The translations under genes were made by a program, and so were the position numbers. 41,249 bases of DNA, taken from Candidatus Binatia bacterium (GTDB taxonomy: Bacteria > Desulfobacterota > Binatia > JACPRU01). The stretch is taken from the NCBI GenBank assembly GCA_040507895.1, contig JBEVNX010000217.1, positions 1 through 41,249 of the forward strand, in the 5' to 3' direction. The notes beneath the pieces are model-generated. The model ran no database searches, had not been told where the DNA came from, and saw only the letters and a list, made by a program, of their open reading frames with translations. Below, in pieces: positions 1 to 9,403 of the stretch. The first letter of the stretch is position 1, and the number at the start of each line of letters is the position of its first letter.

Positions 1-676
1 AGAAGCTGCGCAGTGCGCCGCGCTCGATCAGGCGCAAATACTCCGGTGTCTGCGATCGGATATAGACGATCCCCTGGACGTCAGCCACCGTCAAGACGTG
101 ATCCATGAACTGCGCCGGCTGCAGAAAAGGGGCCAACGGAATGTAGTTGTACGCCCACACCAAGACTACCCAGAGATGTGCGCCGACGAACGACGTGATG
201 AGGAAGCTCTTGGTCTTCATCAACGTCCAATCCAAGATGATTCCCGCGCACACCGTTGAGATCGGCCACACGAAATTCATCGGATAGGCCTCTGCCACAT
301 GCCAATTGAAGTAGCGCCCGATCCAGGCGCACATGAAGAAGCAGACAGACGTGTAGGTGGCTCCCGTCGGGAATCGCCAAGCTACCCACTGAATGTACTG
401 CAGAGCTGATGGAATGATGATGGTGGCAAAGGCCGTGATCACCGGCCACCACTGAGGGTCCTTCCAATCCGTCCAGAAGTCCCAGTCGCCCGCGAACAAT
501 TGCTTCGTGATGTCCGCAGCCCCTCCAACGACGAAGATGGCCGTGACCCAAAACACGAGGTCCCAGCTGCGATCGATCCATTTATACGGCTTCTGCAGCA
601 GTGCCTTGAGCTCGAGCCGCTTCTGGATCTCAGCGGCGTCGGCAATGGCTGCTACCGTGCCTGCTTCTGTGGCCAT
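1..676 (-). CDS. pmoA: CuMMO subunit A (PmoA/AmoA/HmoA family), 3' end truncated by window edge
   Basis: Not in ORF track. Manual translation from ATG at 676 (RBS GGAGG): MATEAGTVAA...FAGDWDFWTDWKDPQWWPVIT...RFPTGAT...WIGRYFNW...YPMNFVWP...YIRSQTPEYLRLIERGALRSF, open to position 1. GDWDFW.DWKD and TPEY.R.IE.G.LR.F are AmoA/PmoA hallmarks. Confidence 0.95.
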   Translation of the reverse strand, partial: MATEAGTVAAIADAAEIQKRLELKALLQKPYKWIDRSWDLVFWVTAIFVVGGAADITKQLFAGDWDFWTDWKDPQWWPVITAFATIIIPSALQYIQWVAWRFPTGATYTSVCFFMCAWIGRYFNWHVAEAYPMNFVWPISTVCAGIILDWTLMKTKSFLITSFVGAHLWVVLVWAYNYIPLAPFLQPAQFMDHVLTVADVQGIVYIRSQTPEYLRLIERGALRSF

Positions 677-754
677 GCCTCCTCTCCTCCTCTAGGAACG
701 CTTCGCGTGCCGCGGAAACAAGGCGAGTTCTCGTCCTTGCCGGCCGTCAGTGGA

Positions 755-1603
755 CTAGTCCGCCACGATGTGTGGCCGGAGGGGAGCGCTTGCATTCGCT
801 GCTTCTTCGGCTTTTTCGATCTCGAGCAGTCGCAGGATGGTCTCCCCCCACACGGCGAACATGCCACTGGCGAGCCATCCGTAGACGATGAACGGCCAAT
901 GGAACGGTACCGCGAAGATCTCTTCGGAGATCCACAAGCTATGGCCCCACTCATTGGCGGCGACAGCCATGCATTCGAGCACGGCAGCGCTGATCAGCAG
1001 GAAGAAGGACCAGGGAAAGCCCTTGTCTGCGCCGTAGACGGCGGGGATACGGAATCGGCCGTAGAGGTAGGCCCCTACGGCGAGTATGGAAGAGAGCGGA
1101 AAGAAGAAGTAGAACATCGGAATGTGCGTTGGAGTCAGCGCGGTGTCCCGCACCATGGTCTGATGCCAAGAGCCGTCCCAGTTCGGCCAGAAGCTGGCTT
1201 CCATGTAAATCGAGAGACTGGTGATCCCCACGATGCTCCATAAGATGGCGATCCGCCGTATCTCTTCCGCGCGCTCGCAGGGTTTGCCGACCATGGCGCG
1301 TCCCGTCCGGATGAGCCATCCGAACCAAGCGCCGGCAAACACGCCCAGCGTGATCAGTTCCCCCCAGAACAGGGAACGGTAGTAGCGAGAGAATTCCACA
1401 CTCGCGGAGTTCAGTCCGGCCGAGAACATGAAATTGTAGTTCCAGAACCAGAGAAAGACATCGGCCGCGATGACCAAGGCGGAGCCCCAGAGCAATGGCT
1501 TCCACCCTACCGTCCAGTGAGTCGGCTTGACGGAACGTACGTTCGTCGTCGTGGTCTGGCCATTTTCCTGAAGCGCTCGGCGCACTGCTTGTGATTGAGC
1601 CAT
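755..1603 (-). CDS. pmoC: CuMMO subunit C (PmoC/AmoC family)
   Basis: Motifs DGSWHQTMVRDTALTPTHI..FY and NEWGHSLWISEEIFAVPFHWPF; several TM helices; RBS AAGGGGAG; directly upstream of subunit A. Confidence 0.95.
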   Translation of the reverse strand: MAQSQAVRRALQENGQTTTTNVRSVKPTHWTVGWKPLLWGSALVIAADVFLWFWNYNFMFSAGLNSASVEFSRYYRSLFWGELITLGVFAGAWFGWLIRTGRAMVGKPCERAEEIRRIAILWSIVGITSLSIYMEASFWPNWDGSWHQTMVRDTALTPTHIPMFYFFFPLSSILAVGAYLYGRFRIPAVYGADKGFPWSFFLLISAAVLECMAVAANEWGHSLWISEEIFAVPFHWPFIVYGWLASGMFAVWGETILRLLEIEKAEEAANASAPLRPHIVAD

Positions 1604-1615
1604 GAGTGCTCCCCC

Positions 1616-2386
1616 TTAGGCGAATCTGTTGGACCGTCTCGATGCCCATGCCGCCAGCGACTCGTTTGGTCGGGCGGCCGCATAGTAGCGAATGACGGAC
1701 ATCGCAATGAGCGCGAGCAATCCGACGACGAGCAACGAGGGCACCAACATTGCTCGATACCACGCCGCTACGCGAATGGGAAAAACCAGCACATCCGATT
1801 TGCCCTGGCCTCCCATTTCAAGCAGGACACGCACCCGGTAGTCGTTCCCTTCGTTCAGAAGAGCTTCCGTGTCGGCGACTCCGAGCTCATACGTCTTCGC
1901 CGGAAGCGACAAGACGGTCTGCGACTGACCCGAGAGTGCCGTTTCAATCACTTCGAGGCTCACAGGCGTTTGCCGCAGCTCGCCAGCAGTGAAGTCCACG
2001 ACCACGATCGTTTTCCCGGCACGCGGAACTTCTTCACAATACTCGCCGGCAGGGTCGAACTGCGGTTGATAAAGGGTGAGATGAAGGAGGGAATTTCCGA
2101 TCTGTCGTCGGCAAGGGTCGTCGGGTCCTCGATCTCGATGCGCCCACGCTTCGACAGTCGTGAGCCAGCCGACCACCGCGAGGATGATGACACAGCGGAC
2201 CCCGAAGCTGCCCCAAGGCATCTGCACGACCCACGCCGCGCTCCGGCGCATTCTGGGCGCGGAGAGCCGTTCCCGCTCGGCCGGAACGAGGTCCCGAACC
2301 AGGAGGCTCCGGTGCTGCTGGCTGCCGTCCGGGATGATCAGCAGCTGTCCAGCGATGCACCGCAGAAGCTGACCGAGGAATGCCAC
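1616..2386 (-). CDS. pmoD: PmoD/AmoD-like periplasmic accessory protein with C-terminal membrane anchor (true start uncertain)
   Basis: Signal-like segment ending AWA-H, then H...DDPC...LHLTLYQP...EYCEEVP..GKTIVVVD and a C-terminal TM helix; ends 12 bp before pmoC. GTG at 2386 has GAGGAG upstream, but a later ATG (MPWGSF) is also possible. Confidence 0.8.
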   Translation of the reverse strand: MAFLGQLLRCIAGQLLIIPDGSQQHRSLLVRDLVPAERERLSAPRMRRSAAWVVQMPWGSFGVRCVIILAVVGWLTTVEAWAHRDRGPDDPCRRQIGNSLLHLTLYQPQFDPAGEYCEEVPRAGKTIVVVDFTAGELRQTPVSLEVIETALSGQSQTVLSLPAKTYELGVADTEALLNEGNDYRVRVLLEMGGQGKSDVLVFPIRVAAWYRAMLVPSLLVVGLLALIAMSVIRYYAAARPNESLAAWASRRSNRFA

Positions 2387-2638
2387 GACCTACTCCTCGC
2401 GCACCGTTTGTAGACAGGAACCGCAAGCTTGCCCACCGCGGCCCTCGCGGAGGGCAGCTTCCGGTGGAATCGGCACTCCCGGACCAGGGTTTGCGGGGTC
2501 CCATTTCGAGTTATCGCCACCGCTTCCGTTTCCATAGCTGGATGGCCTTCTCGTCGCGCTCCGACGCTCGCCCTAGAGCTCCAGCGCACGCGGCGCGCTG
2601 GATTTCCCGTGGTCAGCGGCGACCATATGTTCCGCCCC

Positions 2639-2685
2639 TGGCACTCTGCTTGTCTTTTGTCAATCTTTTTCAAGCCTTGCATTCA
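2639..2685. promoter_or_regulatory. AT-rich divergent promoter region between the CuMMO operon and the GMC dehydrogenase
   Basis: Perfect TTGACA on the minus strand (2663-2658) without a clear -10; imperfect sigma54-like TGGCAC-N5-TTGT on the plus strand (2639-2653). Confidence 0.35.
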
Positions 2686-2863
2686 GCTGCTCATGGGAGT
2701 TTGATCAGGCGGCCGGAACACCCGTGCCTGTAGCTTCGATCCAAGACGACGGAGACTTTCACGATGTTTTCCGCCTGCTCGAAGACCTGCCCGAGTCGAG
2801 GAGCGAGAGCCGGCATGCCTGGTTGAGATGTGGCTCGGTGGTCGAGAGGAAGGGACCCACCTC

Positions 2864-3400
2864 ATGAGCGAAAAGGGCATCAATCGCCGTCAATTCCTGC
2901 ACACGAGCGGGCTGGTCGTCGCCAGTGCAGCCGTGGCGAGTGGTGGTGGGCCGCTGTTGTTCCGTCCTTCGATTGCCTGGGCGATGTCGTTCCACACGCT
3001 CGACGAGCACACCGCTAAGACCTTGCTCAAAATGAGTCGCCATCTCTACCCAAGTCAGTCCATCGAGGACGATCAGTACGCGAGGACCATCGAGGGATTC
3101 GATGCGAAAGCCAAGACGGACCGTGCCTTTGCCAAGTTGCTGCAAGACGGTGTCGCCTCGCTCGATCGCGCGGCGCAGGGGAAGTGGCTCGACGCCAATG
3201 ATGAGGTGAGCCTGCAAACGCTGAAAGGCATGGAAGCCACGCCGTTCTTCCAGACCGTGCGCGGCACGCTGATCGGCGCCGACGGTCCCTACAATCTGCC
3301 GGAGGTATGGAAGAAGTTCGGCTATGAAGGCTCGTCCTGGCAATTCGGCGGCTATCTAAGCCGCGGCTTCGGCGACATCACGTGGTTGCCCAAGGATTAG
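2864..3400 (+). CDS. Tat-exported small subunit of a flavoprotein dehydrogenase (gluconate 2-dehydrogenase subunit 3-like)
   Basis: Twin-arginine signal INRRQFL; FFQTVR...Y....VWKKFGYEG motif; immediately upstream of the GMC gene. Confidence 0.8.
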   Translation: MSEKGINRRQFLHTSGLVVASAAVASGGGPLLFRPSIAWAMSFHTLDEHTAKTLLKMSRHLYPSQSIEDDQYARTIEGFDAKAKTDRAFAKLLQDGVASLDRAAQGKWLDANDEVSLQTLKGMEATPFFQTVRGTLIGADGPYNLPEVWKKFGYEGSSWQFGGYLSRGFGDITWLPKD

Positions 3401-3414
3401 CGAGAGAACGACAC

Positions 3415-4983
3415 ATGGCGAAATACGAGCTCACAGACGATGGCGTCGTGGTGATCGTCGGCTCCGGAGCCGGCGGCGGCACCCTGGCGAACGAGCTCTG
3501 CCAGAAGGGCGTGAAGGTCGTTCTCCTCGAGGCGGGGCCGCGTATCGAGATCAACGACTTCGTCAACGACGAATGGCCGATGTTCAACAAGATCGCTTGG
3601 CTCGATAAGCGTACCACCTCGGGCTCGTGGCGCGTGGCGAAGAACTTTCCCAACTTGCCGGCTTGGACCGTGAAAGCCGTCGGCGGAACGACGGTACACT
3701 GGGCCGGCGCTTCGCTGCGCTTCAAGGAGGGGGAGTTCAAGGCGCGAACGGTATACGGCAACATCGCCGGCGCGAACTTGCTCGACTGGCCCATCACGTT
3801 GCCTGATCTGGCGCCGTACTACGAGCGCGCCGAGGACAAGATGGGCGTCACCGGGACCCACGACATTCCCCGGTTGCCCGGGAACAACAACTTCAAGGTG
3901 CTCGCCGCCGGAGCCGGCAAGCTGGGTTACAAGAAAGTTCACACCGGCAACATGGCGATCAACTCGCAACCGCGCGACGGACGGAGCGGCTGCCTGCAGA
4001 TCGGCTTCTGCTTCGAAGGCTGTAAGAGCGGCGCCAAGTGGTCGACGCTGTACACGGAGATCCCGAAAGCAGAAGCCACCCGCAAGCTCGACTTGCGGCC
4101 GCAGAGCCAAGTGCTGCGCATTCTCCACAATGCCAAGGGGAGAGTTTCAGGCGTGGTCTACGCCGACAAGGTCGGCAAGCACGTCGAACAGAAGGCCCGC
4201 GCCGTGTGCGTGGCCGCGAACTCGATCGAAAGCGCGCGCCTGCTGCTCAACTCCGCCTCCAGCACGTTTCCCAACGGCCTGGCGAATTCTTCCGGGCAGG
4301 TCGGGCGGAACTACATGCGCCACATGACGGCGAGCGTCTATGCCGCCTTTCCGCAAGCGGTGCACATGTATCGCGGCACGACGATGGCCGGAATCGTCGA
4401 GGACGAGGCGAGAAACGATCCGGCTCGTGGCTTCGTGGGCGGGTATCACATGGAGACCATCTCGCTCGGTCTTCCGTTTCTCGCGGCCTTTCTGGATCCC
4501 GGAGCATGGGGACGCGACTTCGCCGGATTGCTGGATCAGTACGACAACATGGCCGGGATGTGGCTCGTCGGCGAGGACATGCCGCAGGAGACCAATCGGG
4601 TCACCCTCCATCCGACGGAGAAGGATCCGTTCGGCTTGGCGATTCCGAACGTACACTTCGACGATCATGCGAACGACGACGCCATGCGTGCCCACGCTTA
4701 CAAGCAGGGGTCTGCGGTGTATCAGGCGGTCGGCGCGACGAAAGTCATCGAGACGCCCCCCTATCCCTCGACGCACAATCTCGGGACGAACCGCATGAGC
4801 GAGAAGCCGCGCGACGGCGTCGTCAACAAGTGGGGCCAAACGCACGACATCGCGAACTTGTTTGTTTCGGACGGTAGCCAATTCACCACTGGCGGGGCGT
4901 CGAATCCGACCTTGACGATCGTGGCGCTCGCCATCCGCCAAGCCGAATACATCGCCGATCGGCTAGGCAAGCACGAGATCTGA
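3415..4983 (+). CDS. GMC family FAD oxidoreductase large subunit
   Basis: VIVGSGAGGG FAD fold, VGGTTVHWAG, Cys cluster CLQIGFCFEGC, HNLGTNRM and NPTLTIVALA motifs. Confidence 0.93.
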   Translation: MAKYELTDDGVVVIVGSGAGGGTLANELCQKGVKVVLLEAGPRIEINDFVNDEWPMFNKIAWLDKRTTSGSWRVAKNFPNLPAWTVKAVGGTTVHWAGASLRFKEGEFKARTVYGNIAGANLLDWPITLPDLAPYYERAEDKMGVTGTHDIPRLPGNNNFKVLAAGAGKLGYKKVHTGNMAINSQPRDGRSGCLQIGFCFEGCKSGAKWSTLYTEIPKAEATRKLDLRPQSQVLRILHNAKGRVSGVVYADKVGKHVEQKARAVCVAANSIESARLLLNSASSTFPNGLANSSGQVGRNYMRHMTASVYAAFPQAVHMYRGTTMAGIVEDEARNDPARGFVGGYHMETISLGLPFLAAFLDPGAWGRDFAGLLDQYDNMAGMWLVGEDMPQETNRVTLHPTEKDPFGLAIPNVHFDDHANDDAMRAHAYKQGSAVYQAVGATKVIETPPYPSTHNLGTNRMSEKPRDGVVNKWGQTHDIANLFVSDGSQFTTGGASNPTLTIVALAIRQAEYIADRLGKHEI

Positions 4984-5030
4984 CGTTCGATGGGCGCTAT
5001 TCGGTGACGCTCTCGTCGAGAGAGCTCGAG

Positions 5031-5384
5031 TCACGGCGCGGCAAGCTCCTTCACGTACTGAACCACGCGCTGCACCTGCGCCTCGTTCAAGATGCCCTTG
5101 TAGGAGGGCATGAGGGGCGATTTGCCTACGCTCGGTCCTCCCTCGGTGATGAGCTTGGTGAGGTACACGTCACTCTTGTCCCTTACGATGACGGTCAAGT
5201 CGGGGGGTTTGGGTTGAAGCGACTGACTCGTCGGCCCGTCGCCCTTGCCGCCTGTCCCGTGGCACATCGCGCACGTTTGCTCGTAGAGCTGCTTGGCCTC
5301 CTGCCCGTAGGCCGGAAGGGCAACCACGTGGGTCAGGACGAGTGCGGTGGTCATCCGAGCCGTCTGGAAGAAGCCTTTTCGCAT
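5031..5384 (-). CDS. Monoheme c-type cytochrome
   Basis: Signal peptide, CAMCH heme-binding motif, G.GDGP, distal Met in SPLMP. Confidence 0.9.
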   Translation of the reverse strand: MRKGFFQTARMTTALVLTHVVALPAYGQEAKQLYEQTCAMCHGTGGKGDGPTSQSLQPKPPDLTVIVRDKSDVYLTKLITEGGPSVGKSPLMPSYKGILNEAQVQRVVQYVKELAAP

Positions 5385-5576
5385 TCAAGAAACCCTGATC
5401 ACGAGCCAAAGACCGTCGGATGGAACCCGTTCGAAAGATCTCGAGAGGGATCATCCTAGCTCTGAGGACAGGCGCAGGATAGCCGGCGCACCCGCGCGGG
5501 CGGATCGGCGGCGCGATCGAGCACCTTTTTCCGAACCACAACGTTCGGACCTGCCTTCCCGCGAGGCAATGGCTGC

Positions 5577-6512
5577 TCAGCGCTGCAGCCGGGGCTCCGG
5601 CAGGTCTCTCGGCACCAAGAATTCGAGCGCTTTGGGGTTGATCGTCAGCTCGATCGTCCCAGCCGGCTTCGGCTCTTCACCTTCGCGCGGCCAGACTTTG
5701 TCGTCGATGTGAACCGGAAATCCCTTCCACTCGATCTCGAGGTGCGCGCCCTGCCGGGTCATGAACTCGGCCGGCCATAGGGCCCCCTCCTGCCAGGTCG
5801 CCAGGTGCTCGTGCAGTTTCTCGCGGTCATGATCGTGGACCATCACGACGTCGAACATCCCGTCATCGAGAAGTATGTTCGGCGCAAGGGGCAGGTTCGG
5901 GCCCATGAACTGCGTCAGCATCGCCTCGAACAGCAGGTAGCGCCCCGAGATGTTCTCGCCGTCCAGCGTGCCCTTCACTTCAGTCGCCGGGCAGTTGTCC
6001 AGGTATTCGCGCAGGAGCTGCACCGTGTAGGTAACCTTGACCTCGACGTCGGCGATCTCGGCCATCGTCTCGTTCGCATCGATGTGGGGGACCGCGCGCG
6101 GGAACAGTCCGGTACCGACGCCCTCGATGAAAGACCGTTTGCCCCAGGGACCTTCGGCCAGGCCCGCGTCGAACGGCACGCGCTGCCCCTTCGCCCAGGA
6201 CGCGATCAGCAACGTGATCGGCAGGTGAGCGATGCCGAGCGTCCGCGAGATGTTGTTTGCGGTGCCCATCGGCAGCACCGTGAGCGGGACCTTTCCACCG
6301 ATCACCCGCCGCGCGACTCTCCCAATCGCCCCGTCGCCACCGGCCACGGCGATCAAGTCGGCCTCTTTCTTGAGCGCTTTCGACCAACCGTCTTCCTTGA
6401 CGGACTGGTAGCGCACCTTGTGCCCTGCCTCCTTGATCAGAGCCTCGAGCTGACCGCGAGTCGGTTTAGTCTCGTCGCCCGCTTCCGGGTTATGAATCAA
6501 TGTTACGCGCAA
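5577..6512 (-). CDS. Diacylglycerol/lipid kinase family protein
   Basis: IHNPEAG, AGGDG and LPMGTANN motifs. Confidence 0.88.
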   Translation of the reverse strand: MRVTLIHNPEAGDETKPTRGQLEALIKEAGHKVRYQSVKEDGWSKALKKEADLIAVAGGDGAIGRVARRVIGGKVPLTVLPMGTANNISRTLGIAHLPITLLIASWAKGQRVPFDAGLAEGPWGKRSFIEGVGTGLFPRAVPHIDANETMAEIADVEVKVTYTVQLLREYLDNCPATEVKGTLDGENISGRYLLFEAMLTQFMGPNLPLAPNILLDDGMFDVVMVHDHDREKLHEHLATWQEGALWPAEFMTRQGAHLEIEWKGFPVHIDDKVWPREGEEPKPAGTIELTINPKALEFLVPRDLPEPRLQR

Positions 6513-6521
6513 GCGCGACTC

Positions 6522-6573
6522 GGAACGAACCGGCTGTCCGTTGGTTAGAACACGGCATGCGAATCTTGGTTTC
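6522..6573. promoter_or_regulatory. Two overlapping divergent ECF-type promoters (surE and DAG kinase)
   Basis: Plus strand GGAAC-N17-GTT at 6522-6546; minus strand GAAAC-N17-GTT at 6573-6549. Confidence 0.6.
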
Positions 6574-7363
6574 CAACGACGACGGCGTCTATAGCCCCGG
6601 AATCGCTGCGCTCGCCCGCGCGGCAGCCGACTTCGGCGAAGCGCGCGTCGTCGCGCCGGACGTCGAGCGCTCGTCCGCCGGGCACTCGATTACGTCCTCT
6701 CGCCCGCTGTCGTACAAGCGCACGCACCAACTTCCGGTCGAAGCTCACCGCGTGAACGGCACGCCCGCGGACTGCGTCGCGCTCGGCATCTCGCAATGGG
6801 ACAACGTCGACGTGGTGCTGTCGGGGATCAACCTGGGTCCGAATCTCGGCAACGGCATCTGGCATTCCGGGACGCTCGCGGCCGCCAAACAGGCGGCGCT
6901 GATGGGCCTGCCCGGGATCGCGCTCAGCATTTCCCTCCGCAAGGACGAGCCTGACTTCGAGGCGTTGCGCCCTGCCCTCTATGAAGTGCTTTCGCTGCTG
7001 CTGCCGAAACCGCCGTCGTTGTTGCTGAACGTGAATTTCCCGAACGAGCATCCGAAGGGAATACTCTGGACGAAGCAGTCCGTGCGGTTCTACGACGGCA
7101 AGGTCGTGCCGGGTCGTGACCCCATGGACCGGCCGCACTTCTGGTTCACGGTGGTACCGATCACGGAGACGGAGGAAGGCACGGACCGATGGGCCGTGTC
7201 GCGAGGCTTCACCTCGATCACGCCGCTCCGCCTCGACCTCACGGACCATGACGAGCTCGAGCGCGCCATCGCTCGGCATGGCAACGCCGAGGCCGAAAAG
7301 GTCAGGGCCGAACCGCCGAGCGGTGCGGACGAGCCGGGGGTCGTGGATCTGAACGCCAAATGA
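6557..7363 (+). CDS. surE: 5'/3'-nucleotidase SurE
   Basis: MRILVSNDDG, GTPADCV, SGINLGPN, SGTLAAA, SITPL motifs. Confidence 0.95.
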   Translation: MRILVSNDDGVYSPGIAALARAAADFGEARVVAPDVERSSAGHSITSSRPLSYKRTHQLPVEAHRVNGTPADCVALGISQWDNVDVVLSGINLGPNLGNGIWHSGTLAAAKQAALMGLPGIALSISLRKDEPDFEALRPALYEVLSLLLPKPPSLLLNVNFPNEHPKGILWTKQSVRFYDGKVVPGRDPMDRPHFWFTVVPITETEEGTDRWAVSRGFTSITPLRLDLTDHDELERAIARHGNAEAEKVRAEPPSGADEPGVVDLNAK

Positions 7364-7453
7364 AAGCGCGATTGGCCTAGGCCTAGCCGAGCGTTCGAGC
7401 GAGCAGCGTCTTCAAGAGGCAAACGGGGAGGCCGCGTTCGAAGCTCGGCTGCG

Positions 7454-9285
7454 TCACGAACCGCCACGATCGACCGTACTGGCCTCGCGGGTGCGCGCTG
7501 CTCCCGAACGAGCGCCCCCTGCCGAGATGGCCTTCTCGAGGTTCCACGCCGTGTTGATCAAACCGACGTGAGAGAAGGCCTGCGGGAAGTTTCCCGTCAG
7601 ACGTCGAGCGCTCGGATCCCATTGTTCGCTGAGGAGACCCACGTCGTTGCGCAAGCGGAGCAGGCGCTCGAAGAGCTCGCGGGCCTCATCGAAACGCCCT
7701 TGGAGCGCGAGGTTGTCCGCCAGCCAGAACGTGCAGATGATGAACAGCCCTTCCCCAGGCGGCAATCCGTCCACCCGTTGGTGCGTCCTGTACCGAGCGA
7801 CGAGGCCGTCGACGAGCAGGCGCTCCTGCACCGCTCGCACCGTCCCGAGCATGCGAGGATCCGTCGCCGGCAGAAATCCGACCAACGAAAACAAGAGCGA
7901 GCTCGCATCGACGTCCTTCGCTCCGTAGTACTGCACGAACGAGCCGAGCTCGGCGTCGAATCCCTCGCGAAGCACTTCTTCGCGAATCGTGTCGGCGAGC
8001 GACACCCAGCGATCGAGTTGTCCCGCACGCCCGCTTCGGACGGCTCTCACCGCGCGGTCGACCGCGACCCACGCCATCACCTTGGAGTGCGTAAAGTGGC
8101 GCCGGGTACCGCGTACCTCCCAGATGCCCTCGTCCGGCCGCTGCCAGTCGGACTCCAGGAATCGAACCATCGCCGCCTGCACACGCCATGCATTCTCGCT
8201 CGGCTCGAGGCCGACTCGCGCGGCGAAATCGATCAAGCCGGCGACCTCGCCGCCGATGTCCAGCTGTCGCTGAGCGAACGCGGCGTTGCCGATGCGCACT
8301 GGACGCGCGCCCTCGTAGCCGGGAAGCCAGGGAACGTTGAACTCGGTCAGCCGGCGTTCGCCGGCCAGGCCGTTAGACGGTCTGAGTTTCGGACGGCTTA
8401 CCGGCGACTGCGCGCAGCAGCCATTCCCGCCATGCGCGGGCCTCCTTGACATAGCCGCCGATCATCAGTGCATGCAGCGCAAAGGCGGCGTCGCGGAGCC
8501 ATAGCGATAGTCCCCATTGCGCATGCCGCCGAGCTGCTCGGGAAGCGAGGTCGTCGCCGCTGCGCAAATGCCTCCCGTGGGTGCGTACGTGAGCGCTTTG
8601 AGGGTGATCAGCGAGCGCTGCACCGCGTCCCGCCATGCGCCCTCGTAGCAGCAGCGTTCGGACCAGTCTCGCCACCAGTCCTCGGTCTCCCGCAGACTAT
8701 CGAGCGAATCCCGGGGCGCAGGCGCGCGTAGGTGAGATGGGTACCAGGTCAGTGTGAATGGCACTCGCTCGCCGGCTCGAACCGAAAAGTCGGCGCACGT
8801 TTGGAAGTTCTCGCCTCGGAGCTCGACATCGGTCGTGAAACGGATGGTCTCCGGACCGGCGGTGGCGCGGATGCCCCCGTCGATGCGGCGGACCCAGGGG
8901 GACGACCGAGCCATAGTCGAAGCGGATCGCTAGCTCCATCCTCGTCGTCACCTGTCCGCCGAGTCCCTCGACGATGCGGACGAGGTCAACCGCCTCCGAT
9001 CGCGGAGGCATGAAGTCGATGAGGCGCACCGCGCCAGTGGCGGTCTCGTACTCGGTCTCCAGCACGAGCGTTCCCGGCCGGTAGGGCTCGCCGAGTCGCC
9101 GACACACGATTGGCCGCTGGGGGCCAGCATCCATCGACCGTGCTTCGGAGAACCGAGCAGCGCGGCAAAGCACGCCCCGGAGTCGAACCGAGGCAAGCAC
9201 AGCCAGTCGATCGACCCGTCGCGCGCGACCAGAGCGGCCGAATGGCAGTCGCCGTTCAGCGCGTAGTCTTCGATCCTGGAGGCAT
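7454..9285 (-). pseudogene. Glycoside hydrolase family 15 (glucoamylase/trehalase-like), multiply frameshifted
   Basis: Consecutive GH15 motifs lie in different frames: RIEDYALNGDCHSAALV..DGSIDWLCLPRFDS; TLVLET..RFDYG; AAATTSLPEQLGG.RN.DYRY; WLRDAAF; PDEGIWEVRG..HFTHSKVMAW..GNFPQAFSH. The likely ATG at 9285 is itself out of frame. Confidence 0.88.
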
Positions 9286-9373
9286 TCTTCGGGTTCAATC
9301 GGTATGAACCGCGGAGCGCGGGCGGCGTCGCGAGCGTCTTCGCGACCCTCGCCGACATCACGTGTTTAGGGCG

Positions 9374-9398
9374 GCAACGGCGAGTCCTGCCGGGGGTT
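9374..9398 (+). promoter_or_regulatory. ECF-type promoter GCAAC-N17-GTT, 5 nt before the ATG at 9404 (possibly leaderless); the reverse reading TGAAC-N17-GTT faces the GH15
   Basis: Sequence gcaac ggcgagtcctgccgggg gtt cacct atg. Confidence 0.6.
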
Positions 9399-9403
9399 CA
9401 CCT

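Noticed and set aside
2639-2653. Sigma54 promoter for the GMC operon
   Set aside because: The -12 element is TTGT rather than TTGC; kept only as a weak regulatory note.
2338-2682. 114-aa minus-strand ORF (internal METEAVAIT start) upstream of pmoD
   Set aside because: No recognisable motif, overlaps the promoter region and the pmoD ORF start; cannot be supported as a gene.
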